Of a DNA stretch of 32,000 nucleotides, positions 9,901 through 16,830 are shown one piece after another. Below the pieces are notes generated by a model, which worked only from the letters and a program-made list of their open reading frames with translations, was not told the DNA's origin and did no database searches. A program made the translations under genes and the position numbers. The DNA comes from an uncultured Endozoicomonas sp. (lineage in GTDB: Bacteria > Pseudomonadota > Gammaproteobacteria > Pseudomonadales > Endozoicomonadaceae): contig NZ_CANMAO010000014.1 of NCBI RefSeq assembly GCF_947495845.1, positions 57,596 to 89,595 on the forward strand. Reading direction: 5' to 3'. Position 1 is the first letter of the stretch. The number at the start of each line of letters is the position of its first letter.

Positions 9901-11372
9901 CTCATTGTTACATCGTTATCACCAAGAGAAGCCAGTAAGGATAGTGTTGCATCGAAGTGGCTGCGGATTTTTTCAGCCTGCTCCAGCAGTGGCAGTTGAC
10001 GATAATACTGTTCGGAAGTGGTGCCAAGGTTGTTCAGCAGCTCACCCATCAGCGGACCGAGTTTATCCGCAGTCACTTCTACCTGATCGAAGCTTTCCTG
10101 AACATCGGTAAGCGCTCGAATAGCTGCCAGATAAAGACCGGCTTTGCGGGCTTCTTCTGAGTAAGCTTTCTCGGCACTGGTTAACTGATCCACCAACTGG
10201 GAAATATCATCATTCAGGCGTTCAAGCTCAGCAGCTTGTTCCTCGTACTGACAATCCAGCAGTACCTTTTTCCCGGTTTCTTCTTCTCGCTGTTGCAGGT
10301 GGTTGCTTTGTTCGTTAGAGAGTCTGCCCAGGTCCGTATGCAGTCGTTCAAGATCTTTCGACTGATCGACACGTTCGTCAGCATCGTCTTGCTGGCTGGA
10401 CAGCTCTTCTTTCTGGCTTTCCAGTGTCAGCAGACGGGCATCAATAGCTAACAATTGTTGTCTATAAGTCTCCAGCTGTTGTTGCGCCAGCCTTTCCTGC
10501 TGTTGTTTCTCTTTCAGTTCGGCCTGTAACGTCTGCTGTTGCTTATCGGACCAGGCCAGCACATGTTCACCCAGAGCGTAGCTGGATTCGAGAATATCGC
10601 GGATCACCTTGCGATCATTGCGGGTTTTTGCGATCTGGTGGCGGGTGCGCTGGGTTTCCTGCAGCGCGTTTTGCATGGAGCTAATGGACTCGCGCACTTT
10701 ATTATCTGCCGGTAATAGATAATCCCGCAGACCTTTCTGTAGCTCGGCAGATAACCCACCATAAAGACTGGTTTCGAGCATTCGGTAGTAACGCTGGCGA
10801 TCCTGACTGTTCTCCATACGGCGGGGAATGATCCGCTGTTCAAACTGCCAGCTCATGTATTGGGCTGTAGTATCGAAACGGTGGAGCTCTCCATTTAACA
10901 TAGTGACCTGATTTTTCAGGGCTTTGCCATCAAGAGGCTCATAACGATTTTGTTCGCCGGGCAGCGGTTTCATTACTACGTCCCGCACTGCAATATCGGC
11001 GTCTATGCCGGTGATGGCATAAAGTTTTAATTCGACTTTGGGTTGCGTCAGGCGACGTAGTCGCACTACGGTAATTGCCCGACTACCGTCGTGCAGTTCG
11101 TAATCCACCAGACTGTAGCAGGTACCGGCACCGATACGGCCCCAGATACCGTTGTCACTGCTGTCTTTGCCGCTGTCGGAATTGTTGCGTAAACGAATCA
11201 GGCGATTATCAGGCACACGGTTAATGAGCAGTGCACCCATAATGGTGGTTTTTCCGGCACCGTTATGACCAATGAGGTTACTCATTAATGGGTGCATATC
11301 CAGGGTTTTGAAGAAGATGCCCCGGAAGTTGACCATGGTCAGGCTGCGAATCTGGGTTCTTTTCTGGCTCAT
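6960..11372 (-). CDS. jetC: MukB-like SMC-family ATPase (JetC/MksB)
   Basis: 1470 aa. Walker A GHNGAGKTT. ETSLYGGLSAELQKGLRDYLLP closely matches my recollection of E. coli MukB [22 protein letters not shown]. The arms are long, Q/E-rich coiled coils. The central hinge-like block ...FGPLRHAIQVRD...VWLLSGEPGQSF... is colinear with MukB YGPSRHAIVVPD...LYLIEGDPQSF. Signature motif LSTGEAIGTG and Walker B LLFLDEAARLD are present. The ATG overlaps the jetB stop (ATGA). Confidence 0.9.
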   Translation of the reverse strand: MSQKRTQIRSLTMVNFRGIFFKTLDMHPLMSNLIGHNGAGKTTIMGALLINRVPDNRLIRLRNNSDSGKDSSDNGIWGRIGAGTCYSLVDYELHDGSRAITVVRLRRLTQPKVELKLYAITGIDADIAVRDVVMKPLPGEQNRYEPLDGKALKNQVTMLNGELHRFDTTAQYMSWQFEQRIIPRRMENSQDRQRYYRMLETSLYGGLSAELQKGLRDYLLPADNKVRESISSMQNALQETQRTRHQIAKTRNDRKVIRDILESSYALGEHVLAWSDKQQQTLQAELKEKQQQERLAQQQLETYRQQLLAIDARLLTLESQKEELSSQQDDADERVDQSKDLERLHTDLGRLSNEQSNHLQQREEETGKKVLLDCQYEEQAAELERLNDDISQLVDQLTSAEKAYSEEARKAGLYLAAIRALTDVQESFDQVEVTADKLGPLMGELLNNLGTTSEQYYRQLPLLEQAEKIRSHFDATLSLLASLGDNDVTMSQAAARTDFWRQHHQQQTTLALQITTLVKQQQQRQQEKMQLKKVQQALAALPDNWQQVVKDEASWNEQLHHANHEQQQTFENIERLKDQAQQTVRQQDQVQSTLDQARKDHIHWFDARKLSQEILANRSDTALNNHNDFVALRQQISQEQQENLEASVQLAKELETLRVRMAQLEIKASRELQQLQKLAEMTGGVVISDYFDNDDISLEEAAWLEAKFGPLRHAIQVRDIAKAANIIREENDRPDHVWLLSGEPGQSFADEDYLNAPIGQKEDGNVLVEMTSNMARLSREPEFPTIGRLAREKEQARLREQEEQLLDTLQEQAINKRQLEKLQQRLDQLSAKSQWLGTQEPPVEECTAQLDALAEQAESLALSLTSSQQQYKVVNDVVRCLEQWQSNAWLLNDDPKRESLEAIAEQLQLANDAKAWLSSHEQTIHQLNDHRLYIDQPPVENLDALRAELDALKKQISQYNRQKDLLNTAIEQSPNLRFAGSVTRQEEKENLQNQLQEEFEAKKQSQKRQSQDVEQLRKQCNALDLNINTINTRIEQNQHQQSEFNRQIADIPLTYTPGLKEECEAQLARIKSDKNALYQELNQHKETQITTKSEREKLEERLSDTIADIHNLEPKAQLATSNYQEILKLAEQSGQQQRLNTHHLLNQEDDFLRGGLADARAALIKVLESENSGLLEQLEKTSSTHLPGLFQCFIDAQNHLAQRIDKTLYQSDDPRKNLELLEERLTRLETLLKDAEQRFLAESDSLGQNIQRKINKERKQIHQLNAALSSVHFGTIRAIKIELEVIDSFQKILDALQQEFYADLFRKPDMTVEAALEYLFKKETGGTIVGDKLLDYREYIRLNILIQRAGSQHYEPANPTNLSTGEAIGTGLAILTMVLHSWEVATDNRDGKGHAASRLLFLDEAARLDAKALATLEELCLHQSLQLMVGAPDNVLPKNGVTYRMVRLMEPYEHVIFSGVKGRLPQASES

Positions 11373-12127
11373 GCTTCCTGATCCTCCTCTACCGCAGGCG
11401 CTATTACCACAGTCTCTTTTACCAATGTTTCTCCAACTGAGGCTGCTAACGGGTCAACTTCTTCAGAAGTCGAACTTTCCTCATCCACATCAAAACTGAT
11501 ATAGCCATCCCGGACCAGCTGTTCCATTACTTCTCTGGTGGCTTCTGCGGAAGAAGTGGTAGAGCGCACCGGATCGATAAATCGCATTAACGGTGCCTGA
11601 GTTTGCAGCCGATTTGCCTGATTGCCTTCAAGCCTGATCATGCCAAGCCTTGCCAACTGTCGTATAGAACTGCGCAGAGTATCCATAGCTTTATCACGGT
11701 CTGCCTGGGTTTCAATTTTTTTGCGTGCCAGTAATTGGCAAAGGTGATCGTTTTCCAAAAGCAAGCGAAGTCGTTCATACACCGCATCGGCTGATATCCA
11801 GCCACTGCCTTCCAGTTGCTCTGGGTCCAGATGAAACATCGCCAGAACCTGGCCAACGACCATGGTTAGCTCATCGAGTTTTCGGGAGCGTATCAGGCTT
11901 TTCCCCCCGGTACCCGGGCGCAGGTAATAGTAGGATTCTGGCGCGTGAATCAGGTCGCAGCCAAATCGGAGGTAATATTCCACCAGTAACGGGAGGCCAT
12001 CGTGAATCACATTGAATAACCGATGTTGGCGGGCATCGATGTGTTCACCCCGACGCAGCCGGGCATCCAGTTCCGGAAAGCATTCATCATTGATCAGATC
12101 GGCGATCTGCTGGTAAGGGTTATCCAT
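11369..12127 (-). CDS. jetB: MukE-like subunit (JetB/MksE)
   Basis: I chose the ATG at 12127 (MDNPYQQIADL...), which overlaps the jetA stop (ATGGATAA). The track's longer start at 12229 would overlap jetA by 110 nt. ...LIHAPESYYYLRPG...LDELTMVVGQVLAMFHLDPE... is colinear with MukE ...LIRAPEGFFYLRPR...[20 protein letters not shown]. The tail is acidic. Confidence 0.85.
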   Translation of the reverse strand: MDNPYQQIADLINDECFPELDARLRRGEHIDARQHRLFNVIHDGLPLLVEYYLRFGCDLIHAPESYYYLRPGTGGKSLIRSRKLDELTMVVGQVLAMFHLDPEQLEGSGWISADAVYERLRLLLENDHLCQLLARKKIETQADRDKAMDTLRSSIRQLARLGMIRLEGNQANRLQTQAPLMRFIDPVRSTTSSAEATREVMEQLVRDGYISFDVDEESSTSEEVDPLAASVGETLVKETVVIAPAVEEDQEA

Positions 12128-13472
12128 CGACAAGGTGTTTTTCTCGTGTGGGCTGTGGTGAGTTAGGGTTAAGGCGCAGGCGTTCCACCGAAAAGTCGGG
12201 CACAATTTCCTGCCACTGATGATCAGCAATGTGCTGCTGATGTTGCTGGTGGCCCATTTCCGTCAGCGCACTGAATAGCCAGCCCGCGACCATGTGCAGT
12301 TTTTCCATTGGCCATTGGCTGGCGAGTACTTCCAGTGCCTGCTCATAGGCTGGTAGCTCACCGGTTTGTTCCTGTTGTTTAACCAGCCAGGCTTTTACCT
12401 GCTGTTTTAGGGCATCAAAATCTTCAATGGAGCTTGGGTCGCCTTCTTCATGAATTACCTGCGCCAAGTTCTCTTTTGGCTGCGGCGGTTCAATATCCCG
12501 CAGGCGCATCAAGGGCTCTTCGTGGGTGTAGCGAAGATACCAGCGTTGTTCTCTGTAGTTCCGAATGCCTTCACGCACTCGCTCCATCAGTGCTTTTCGT
12601 TCATCCATGGTGACAAATTGGCGAAGGTATTGGTGTACCCGATGATGGAATCCTTCCCAGTGATTCATCCGCTCACCGCTCCAGTGCTCTATGCGGTCGA
12701 GATGCTGTTCCAGACGGATGATGCTGTTGATGGCATTCATCCGTTGAGCCTTTTCGCAATAACGGGCAATGGTCTCAAGAAGCGATCGCAGTTGGTGGCA
12801 GGAGGCTAATAGCAATCGCTGCAAGTCCTGCAGATGGGACTGTGTACTGGTGAGCAACTGCTCACACTGGCTGATAGAGTTTTGCCAATCCTGCTTCAGC
12901 AGTTCAACCACTTCCCGACGGGTTTGAATGGCTTCCTGATCCAGCTGTCGCTGGCGATGGTCGATGGAGGTGACCAGCTGATTAACAGTAATATCCAGCG
13001 GGGCTTCAATTTGTAGCTTCCAGAAAGGCTCATTACCACCCTGTTCAGCAGAGTCACGAATCTCCTGGAGATGGCTGGCTACTGTCATGAACAGTGTGCT
13101 CAAGGCTTCTTTAGACGCCTCCATACCAACACAAATGGAATCCACGATTTGTTCGGAGAGTGGCGTGATCAGGTAGGCGTGATTTCTCTGTTCGCCACCT
13201 TCCAGGCAAATGAGCAAGTGCTGCTGCAACAGACGACGAATCACATCATTACAGCGCTTTGAGGCATCGTTACAATTGTCATCCAGTCGTGCTTTCTCAA
13301 CGCTCTGAAAGACGACGTGGAGTTCTTCTTCGCTAAACTCTGGCCGTGATTCTGTGGCTCTCCAGTAACGCAAAGCTGTGAGATACGCGAGATCAGCCGG
13401 CTGCAGTTTCAAACTGATGCCCTGGGTCAGAATGGTGCTGACTAATGACGGGATGCTCTTCGATGCTGGCAA
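12120..13472 (-). CDS. jetA: MukF-like kleisin subunit (JetA/MksF)
   Basis: 450 aa from a TTG start, 5 nt after GGAG. ...SAEQGGNEPFWKLQIEAPLDITVNQLVTSIDHRQRQLD...LLKQDWQNSISQCEQLLTSTQSHLQDLQ is colinear with E. coli MukF ...[38 protein letters not shown]...[28 protein letters not shown] (recalled from memory). Confidence 0.85.
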   Translation of the reverse strand: MPASKSIPSLVSTILTQGISLKLQPADLAYLTALRYWRATESRPEFSEEELHVVFQSVEKARLDDNCNDASKRCNDVIRRLLQQHLLICLEGGEQRNHAYLITPLSEQIVDSICVGMEASKEALSTLFMTVASHLQEIRDSAEQGGNEPFWKLQIEAPLDITVNQLVTSIDHRQRQLDQEAIQTRREVVELLKQDWQNSISQCEQLLTSTQSHLQDLQRLLLASCHQLRSLLETIARYCEKAQRMNAINSIIRLEQHLDRIEHWSGERMNHWEGFHHRVHQYLRQFVTMDERKALMERVREGIRNYREQRWYLRYTHEEPLMRLRDIEPPQPKENLAQVIHEEGDPSSIEDFDALKQQVKAWLVKQQEQTGELPAYEQALEVLASQWPMEKLHMVAGWLFSALTEMGHQQHQQHIADHQWQEIVPDFSVERLRLNPNSPQPTREKHLVDG

Positions 13473-13531
13473 GCTTGCTCCAATAGTTATCAGGGCATTA
13501 AACAGGGATGGCGTTGGAGGATGTCTGCATC

Positions 13532-13560
13532 ATTAAACAGACTCTGCATATAAGTGCCAA
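13532..13560 (-). promoter_or_regulatory. Candidate sigma-70 promoter of the jetABCD operon
   Basis: On the minus strand: TTGGCA (13560-13555), 17 nt spacer, TTTAAT (13537-13532), about 60 nt upstream of the TTG start. The -10 lies inside one of two copies of a 10-bp direct repeat, CATTAAACAG on the plus strand (13496-13505 and 13531-13540). Confidence 0.25.
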
Positions 13561-13736
13561 ATTCATTATGAAAAAAACCATGGTTAGCGTAAAGCAAAAC
13601 ACAGGTCATTTGTATGACAATGAATACCTAACGAAAGTTCTACTTTTTTTGTGCATATTTTGTGGTGGGAGACAGGGAGAAGCAAACAAGCTTGTGGAAT
13701 GCATACTCTATGCTGAAATTGAGACTATAGTATCGC

Positions 13737-13772
13737 AAAAAGGTCTTAGTCATATTTATGACCAAGGCCTTT
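13737..13772 (-). terminator. Rho-independent terminator of dps
   Basis: A 15-bp stem (13739-13753 with 13758-13772, one mismatch and one wobble on the minus-strand RNA) with a 4-nt loop. It runs into a U-run on the minus strand (plus-strand aaaaa 13737-13741) and starts about 20 nt after the dps stop. Confidence 0.6.
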
Positions 13773-13793
13773 CCTATTTCGACAAATGTTGAG

Positions 13794-14222
13794 TTACAAG
13801 CTGGACTTCAACATCCACAACTCTTTTTCGATGAAACCAATCTGCTCATCAGAATACGCACGGGTAATGTCATCGGTGTGCTCATCAGCCGAGATTGCCT
13901 TGAAGTGCATCTGCATTTCCTGAAAATCGCTGATGATGGACTTCAGGATATACTCAACACTGAATTCCGTTTTCACTTCTTCTTCAATCGTGGCAGTACC
14001 CAGAATGGTTTTCAGAGTGACCAGTGGCATGCCGTCTAATTGCAGAATACGTTCTGCAACATCGTCGTACATAGTGGCGAACAGGGTGTAATACTCTTCC
14101 GTTTTGGCGTGCAGTTGGAAGAAGGCTGGGCCTTTTACGTTCCAGTGATAGTTATGCAGTTTGGTGAACAGGACGTTGGCATTAGCCATCACGACGTTCA
14201 GTCTTTCAATAGTGCTGGACAT
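13794..14222 (-). CDS. dps: Dps family DNA-protection / mini-ferritin protein
   Basis: 142 aa. KLHNYHWNVKGPAFFQLHAKTEEYY...DDVAERILQLDG matches the Dps ferroxidase-site pattern HWNV.G..F..LH...E.....D..AERI..LGG. Confidence 0.9.
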   Translation of the reverse strand: MSSTIERLNVVMANANVLFTKLHNYHWNVKGPAFFQLHAKTEEYYTLFATMYDDVAERILQLDGMPLVTLKTILGTATIEEEVKTEFSVEYILKSIISDFQEMQMHFKAISADEHTDDITRAYSDEQIGFIEKELWMLKSSL

Positions 14223-14287
14223 GGTAATCCTTAAGGAAATGTTGCGTTCTTTACTTATCTATTTTCGGAGAGTGCGTGGCTAGGTGT

Positions 14288-14305
14288 CATTGATAAAGGT
14301 CAATG
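14288..14305. promoter_or_regulatory. Inverted repeat in the dps / arsR-like divergent intergenic region (candidate operator)
   Basis: CATTGA-TAAAGG-TCAATG (6-6-6), between the divergently transcribed dps and the ArsR-family gene at 14398. Confidence 0.25.
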
Positions 14306-14397
14306 TTTACTCTGAATCCAACGGGAATATTGCAACCTGCCCATAATCCATTTATGTTTTCACGATTGTCGAAACATTTGCCGGTAGTGGTAACCCT

Positions 14398-14694
14398 ATG
14401 GATCTTGAAGATTACGCCAAAGCCTTGAAAGAACTCGGGCACCCTTCCCGGCTGCGGATCTATAAGCGGTTGGTGAAAGCCGGGCATGATGGTTTGCCGG
14501 TGGGAGATTTACAGCAGGAGTTTGGGATACCGGGTTCTACTCTTTCTCATCATATCTCTGGATTAGTGTCTGTAGGGCTGGTGAAACAGCGTCGTGAAGG
14601 GCGAATTTTGCACTGTATCCCGCAATTTCATGTATTTGATGATGTGTTGGCCTTCTTGTGCGACGAGTGTTGTGTAGATGAAAAAAATGGATAG
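14398..14694 (+). CDS. ArsR/SmtB-family metalloregulator (paralog A, C-terminal Cys-Cys)
   Basis: 98 aa. LKELGHPSRLRIYKRLV...LPVGDLQQEFGIPGSTLSHHISGLVSVGLV is a winged-HTH of ArsR type. The C-terminal FLCDECCVDE cysteine cluster resembles the C-terminal As(III) site type described for Acidithiobacillus ArsR. Confidence 0.85.
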   Translation: MDLEDYAKALKELGHPSRLRIYKRLVKAGHDGLPVGDLQQEFGIPGSTLSHHISGLVSVGLVKQRREGRILHCIPQFHVFDDVLAFLCDECCVDEKNG

Positions 14695-14791
14695 CACAGG
14701 TGATGCTGTACTCACTCCGACAGAAATTGAGCAAGGTTATGTTCTATCCTGCTGCTCCCGGCCAAAATCCGATTTACGGATTGCCATCTGA
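14687..14791 (+). pseudogene. Possible remnant of the C-terminus of a plant-type [2Fe-2S] ferredoxin domain
   Basis: A 34-codon ORF, MDSTGDAVLTPTEIEQGYVLSCCSRPKSDLRIAI*, overlaps the arsR-like stop. L(T/S)..E...GY(V/I)L(S/T/A)C...P.SD..I is the typical C-terminal end of plant-type ferredoxin and ferredoxin-reductase 2Fe-2S domains. There is no upstream cluster-binding part. Confidence 0.35.
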
Positions 14792-14821
14792 GCACAACTA
14801 CTTAGAAGGAAAAAGAGTGCC

Positions 14822-14852
14822 GGAAGAATGATCGCTAAAACATCATTCTTCC
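14822..14852. terminator. Perfect 11-bp hairpin between convergent genes (possible bidirectional terminator)
   Basis: ggaagaatgat (14822-14832) pairs with atcattcttcc (14842-14852) around a 9-nt loop. The flanks are only weakly T-rich. Confidence 0.35.
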
Positions 14853-14970
14853 CTGTTTATACCCGTTGCCTTTCAGGTTGCTACTTTTTGCTTACTTGCT
14901 ACCGCGCAGCAATTTGAAACCCTTTGGGTATACATGTCTGATCAGAAAACAAGCGACAATGCTAATCGTA

Positions 14971-15456
14971 TCAACGTCTTTTTGGTGTCCAGGCCCAGAT
15001 CATTTCTACTTTAATGGGCTCATTGCCGGCATCGTCCGTGACTGTGCAAGGAACAGTAATTTCACCTTTTTCAATCGTTCTTATGCTGTTCATCTGTTCA
15101 TCTGTCAGGTGTGCTTTTGCAGTAATGTTACCGGATGAGCGTTTCACAAAATCTACGTGCATGGATTTAATGACAGGCACTGCTGCATCGGGCACGTTCA
15201 TTCCCACAATCAAGCCGGTTGCAGTTTCAGCAGCTAATACCATACCACAGGCGTGAACACTGCCTATATGGTTCTGATTGCGTTTCAGGTTTTTAACAAT
15301 GATGACGCTGTCGCGCTCGGTCAGCTTTTCGATGCGAGTTCTAGTGGTGCCAACAAGTTTAATTGTTCTTCCCAGAAACTTGCTGATCAGCCATGGCCGA
15401 AGACTCTCGGGAACCTTGCTAAACATGCTGATTCCCCGGCTCATACGGTTTGCCAT
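14971..15456 (-). CDS. Hotdog-fold protein, DUF4442 / YiiD C-terminal-like (putative thioesterase)
   Basis: I chose the ATG at 15456 (MANRMSRGISMF...), preceded by AGGAG. ...NHIGSVHACGMVLAAETATGLIVG...KSMHVDFVKRSSGNITAKA... fits the PaaI/DUF4442 hotdog pattern. Confidence 0.65.
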   Translation of the reverse strand: MANRMSRGISMFSKVPESLRPWLISKFLGRTIKLVGTTRTRIEKLTERDSVIIVKNLKRNQNHIGSVHACGMVLAAETATGLIVGMNVPDAAVPVIKSMHVDFVKRSSGNITAKAHLTDEQMNSIRTIEKGEITVPCTVTDDAGNEPIKVEMIWAWTPKRR

Positions 15457-15595
15457 GGGTGACTCCTGCTTTTTGTGATTATTCTTGATGGAGTGGAGAT
15501 TACATTTTGTTACTGAAAACGGCAACGACACATGAAAAAGCGTATGCCGTTACGATGTGGCAGTTCAGAAAAGGGAGTGACACAGAAAAAGCAAC

Positions 15596-16093
15596 TTAGA
15601 TGACATAGTGCTTTTGCAGGTACTCAATATGTGGCGGCAGAGTCAGGGCGTTAGGGCGAAGACCTTGTACCATTGTTTTTACTTCTGCCCACGGCATACC
15701 ACTTTCCAGAAGCAAAATGGCTGCCATCAGGCCTGTACGGCCTGAACCGCCTTTACAATGAATGACAATAGTCGCTTTTTTATCAAGCAGGTCTAAAAGA
15801 TCGATTTTTGCTTTGGCAAAAGCCGAGTCAAAGGCTGCTTCTGGTGAGCGGTCATCTTCAATAGGCAGCTGGAACCACTGCATGCCTAAAGCAGTTGTGG
15901 AATCACCAAGCATATCAACGGTCAAATCTGCGATTTCGGCATCAGGCAGCGTGGTTACGATTGCATCCGCACCCGCACTTTTCAGAGTTTGCAAGGAGCT
16001 TTCCAGCGGTTCAGATGTTGTGCCGGGGCAAGGCGTGAAAAGTAATGTAGCGCCATTTGGGAGAGCCAGGCGATCAAAAGGGTGGGAGGACAT
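15596..16093 (-). CDS. Cytoplasmic dual-specificity / PTP-superfamily phosphatase (HCX5R P-loop)
   Basis: I chose the ATG at 16093 (MSSHPFDRL...), 8 nt after GGAG. The active-site loop VIHCKGGSGRTG is HC-X5-R-(S/T). About 165 aa, with no signal peptide. Confidence 0.8.
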   Translation of the reverse strand: MSSHPFDRLALPNGATLLFTPCPGTTSEPLESSLQTLKSAGADAIVTTLPDAEIADLTVDMLGDSTTALGMQWFQLPIEDDRSPEAAFDSAFAKAKIDLLDLLDKKATIVIHCKGGSGRTGLMAAILLLESGMPWAEVKTMVQGLRPNALTLPPHIEYLQKHYVI

Positions 16094-16131
16094 TTTATAA
16101 CTCCAGATAAACAACATAAGCAGGATAACTT

Positions 16132-16346
16132 CTAGGAGGCTGACCGAGAATAGGTTGCCCTACGCGGCAACTGCTCCTGCGTTGCTCTAGCTCCTGAATC
16201 CATGCAGTCGTGCGGTGGTAGTAAATTGGTCTGAAAATTCTGTTTTGTTCAGCAAATAGCACCACTATTCACTTCACAAAACAGAATCATCATCCTCAAT
16301 TTTCTACCATCCTCGCTACGGGCGCTATTCTCGGTCAGCCTCCTAG
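16132..16346. mobile_element. MITE-like non-coding element (215 bp) with perfect 22-bp terminal inverted repeats
   Basis: ctaggaggctgaccgagaatag (16132-16153) is the exact reverse complement of 16325-16346. There is a nested perfect 12-bp inverted repeat, attctgttttgt (16237-16248) with acaaaacagaat (16276-16287), plus further imperfect pairing, so the whole element can fold into a long hairpin. It has no coding capacity. Confidence 0.55.
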
Positions 16347-16405
16347 CCACCTGCCGAGAAAACACAAACACTTATTGCCTTAGGTTTTAATCGGGAGTAT
16401 CGTCC

Positions 16406-16421
16406 ATCGTCAATTGACGAT
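16406..16421. promoter_or_regulatory. Perfect 16-bp palindrome ATCGTCAATTGACGAT (candidate ArsR operator, copy 1)
   Basis: It ends 15 nt upstream of the arsR ATG (16437). The same half-sites recur at 16831-16846. Confidence 0.55.
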
Positions 16422-16436
16422 CAATAGGTTTTAGCG

Positions 16437-16754
16437 ATGACTGAATGCCTTACAACACTCGACGGCATTCAGTTTAACGAAGCCGAAGAGAAAGAATTGG
16501 CCAGTTTTGCCAAAGCGCTTGGGCACCCGGCAAGAGTCAGATTGCTGAAGATATTAGCTGGGCGTGTATGTCTTGGTTCTGATCTGGTTGATCAACTTGG
16601 ACTGGCGCAATCCACAGTGTCAGAGCATTTGCGTATATTGCGGGAAGCCGGGCTGGTGGATGCGAAAGTGACCCATCCCAGAACCTGCTTCAGTCTTCGT
16701 CCTGAAGCATTGGAGAGAATTCGACAGTTACTTGGGGATCTATACTCTTTGTAA
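16437..16754 (+). CDS. arsR: ArsR-family transcriptional repressor adjacent to acr3
   Basis: 105 aa. FAKALGHPARVRLLKILAGRVCLGSDLVDQLGLAQSTVSEHLRILREAGLV is an ArsR winged-HTH. Cys residues sit at positions 4, 44 and 84, and there is no canonical CVC triad. Confidence 0.85.
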   Translation: MTECLTTLDGIQFNEAEEKELASFAKALGHPARVRLLKILAGRVCLGSDLVDQLGLAQSTVSEHLRILREAGLVDAKVTHPRTCFSLRPEALERIRQLLGDLYSL

Positions 16755-16781
16755 TTGTACGCTGTAATTGCACGACAACAG

Positions 16782-16820
16782 CCCGGCGTTGCTTGTAATG
16801 ACAATACCGGGTTATTTTTT
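16782..16820 (+). terminator. Weak hairpin plus T-run after arsR (possible partial terminator or attenuator)
   Basis: cccgg (16782-16786) pairs with ccggg (16807-16811), with inner ttgt/acaa pairing, followed by ttatttttt (16812-16820). Confidence 0.3.
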
Positions 16821-16830
16821 AAAATCTTTA

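Noticed and set aside
7060-10451. Many plus-strand ORFs of 60-163 aa antisense to the MukB-like gene (for example 7191-7682, 7776-8144, 9135-9479)
   Set aside because: They are shadow ORFs on the complement of a long Q/E/L-rich coiled-coil gene. None has an SD, they overlap a well-supported CDS, and their translations are low-complexity.
6960-13472. Interpretation as the ordinary housekeeping mukFEB chromosome-condensin operon
   Set aside because: Sizes and motifs are MukFEB-like. However, a fourth gene with a JetD/MksG Toprim signature is translationally coupled (GTGA overlap) to the MukB-like gene. That is the defining feature of Wadjet/MksBEFG rather than of mukFEB. This cannot be fully excluded without whole-genome context.
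13508-13792. 94-aa plus-strand ORF in the jetA-dps intergenic region
   Set aside because: It is A+T-rich with no SD. It spans the dps terminator and the jet promoter region, and its product has no recognisable features. It is most likely non-coding.
15457-16117. Upstream extensions of the hotdog gene (to 15531) and the phosphatase gene (to 16117)
   Set aside because: Internal ATGs at 15456 and 16093 are each preceded by AGGAG/GGAG at the correct spacing. The extensions add non-conserved-looking residues.
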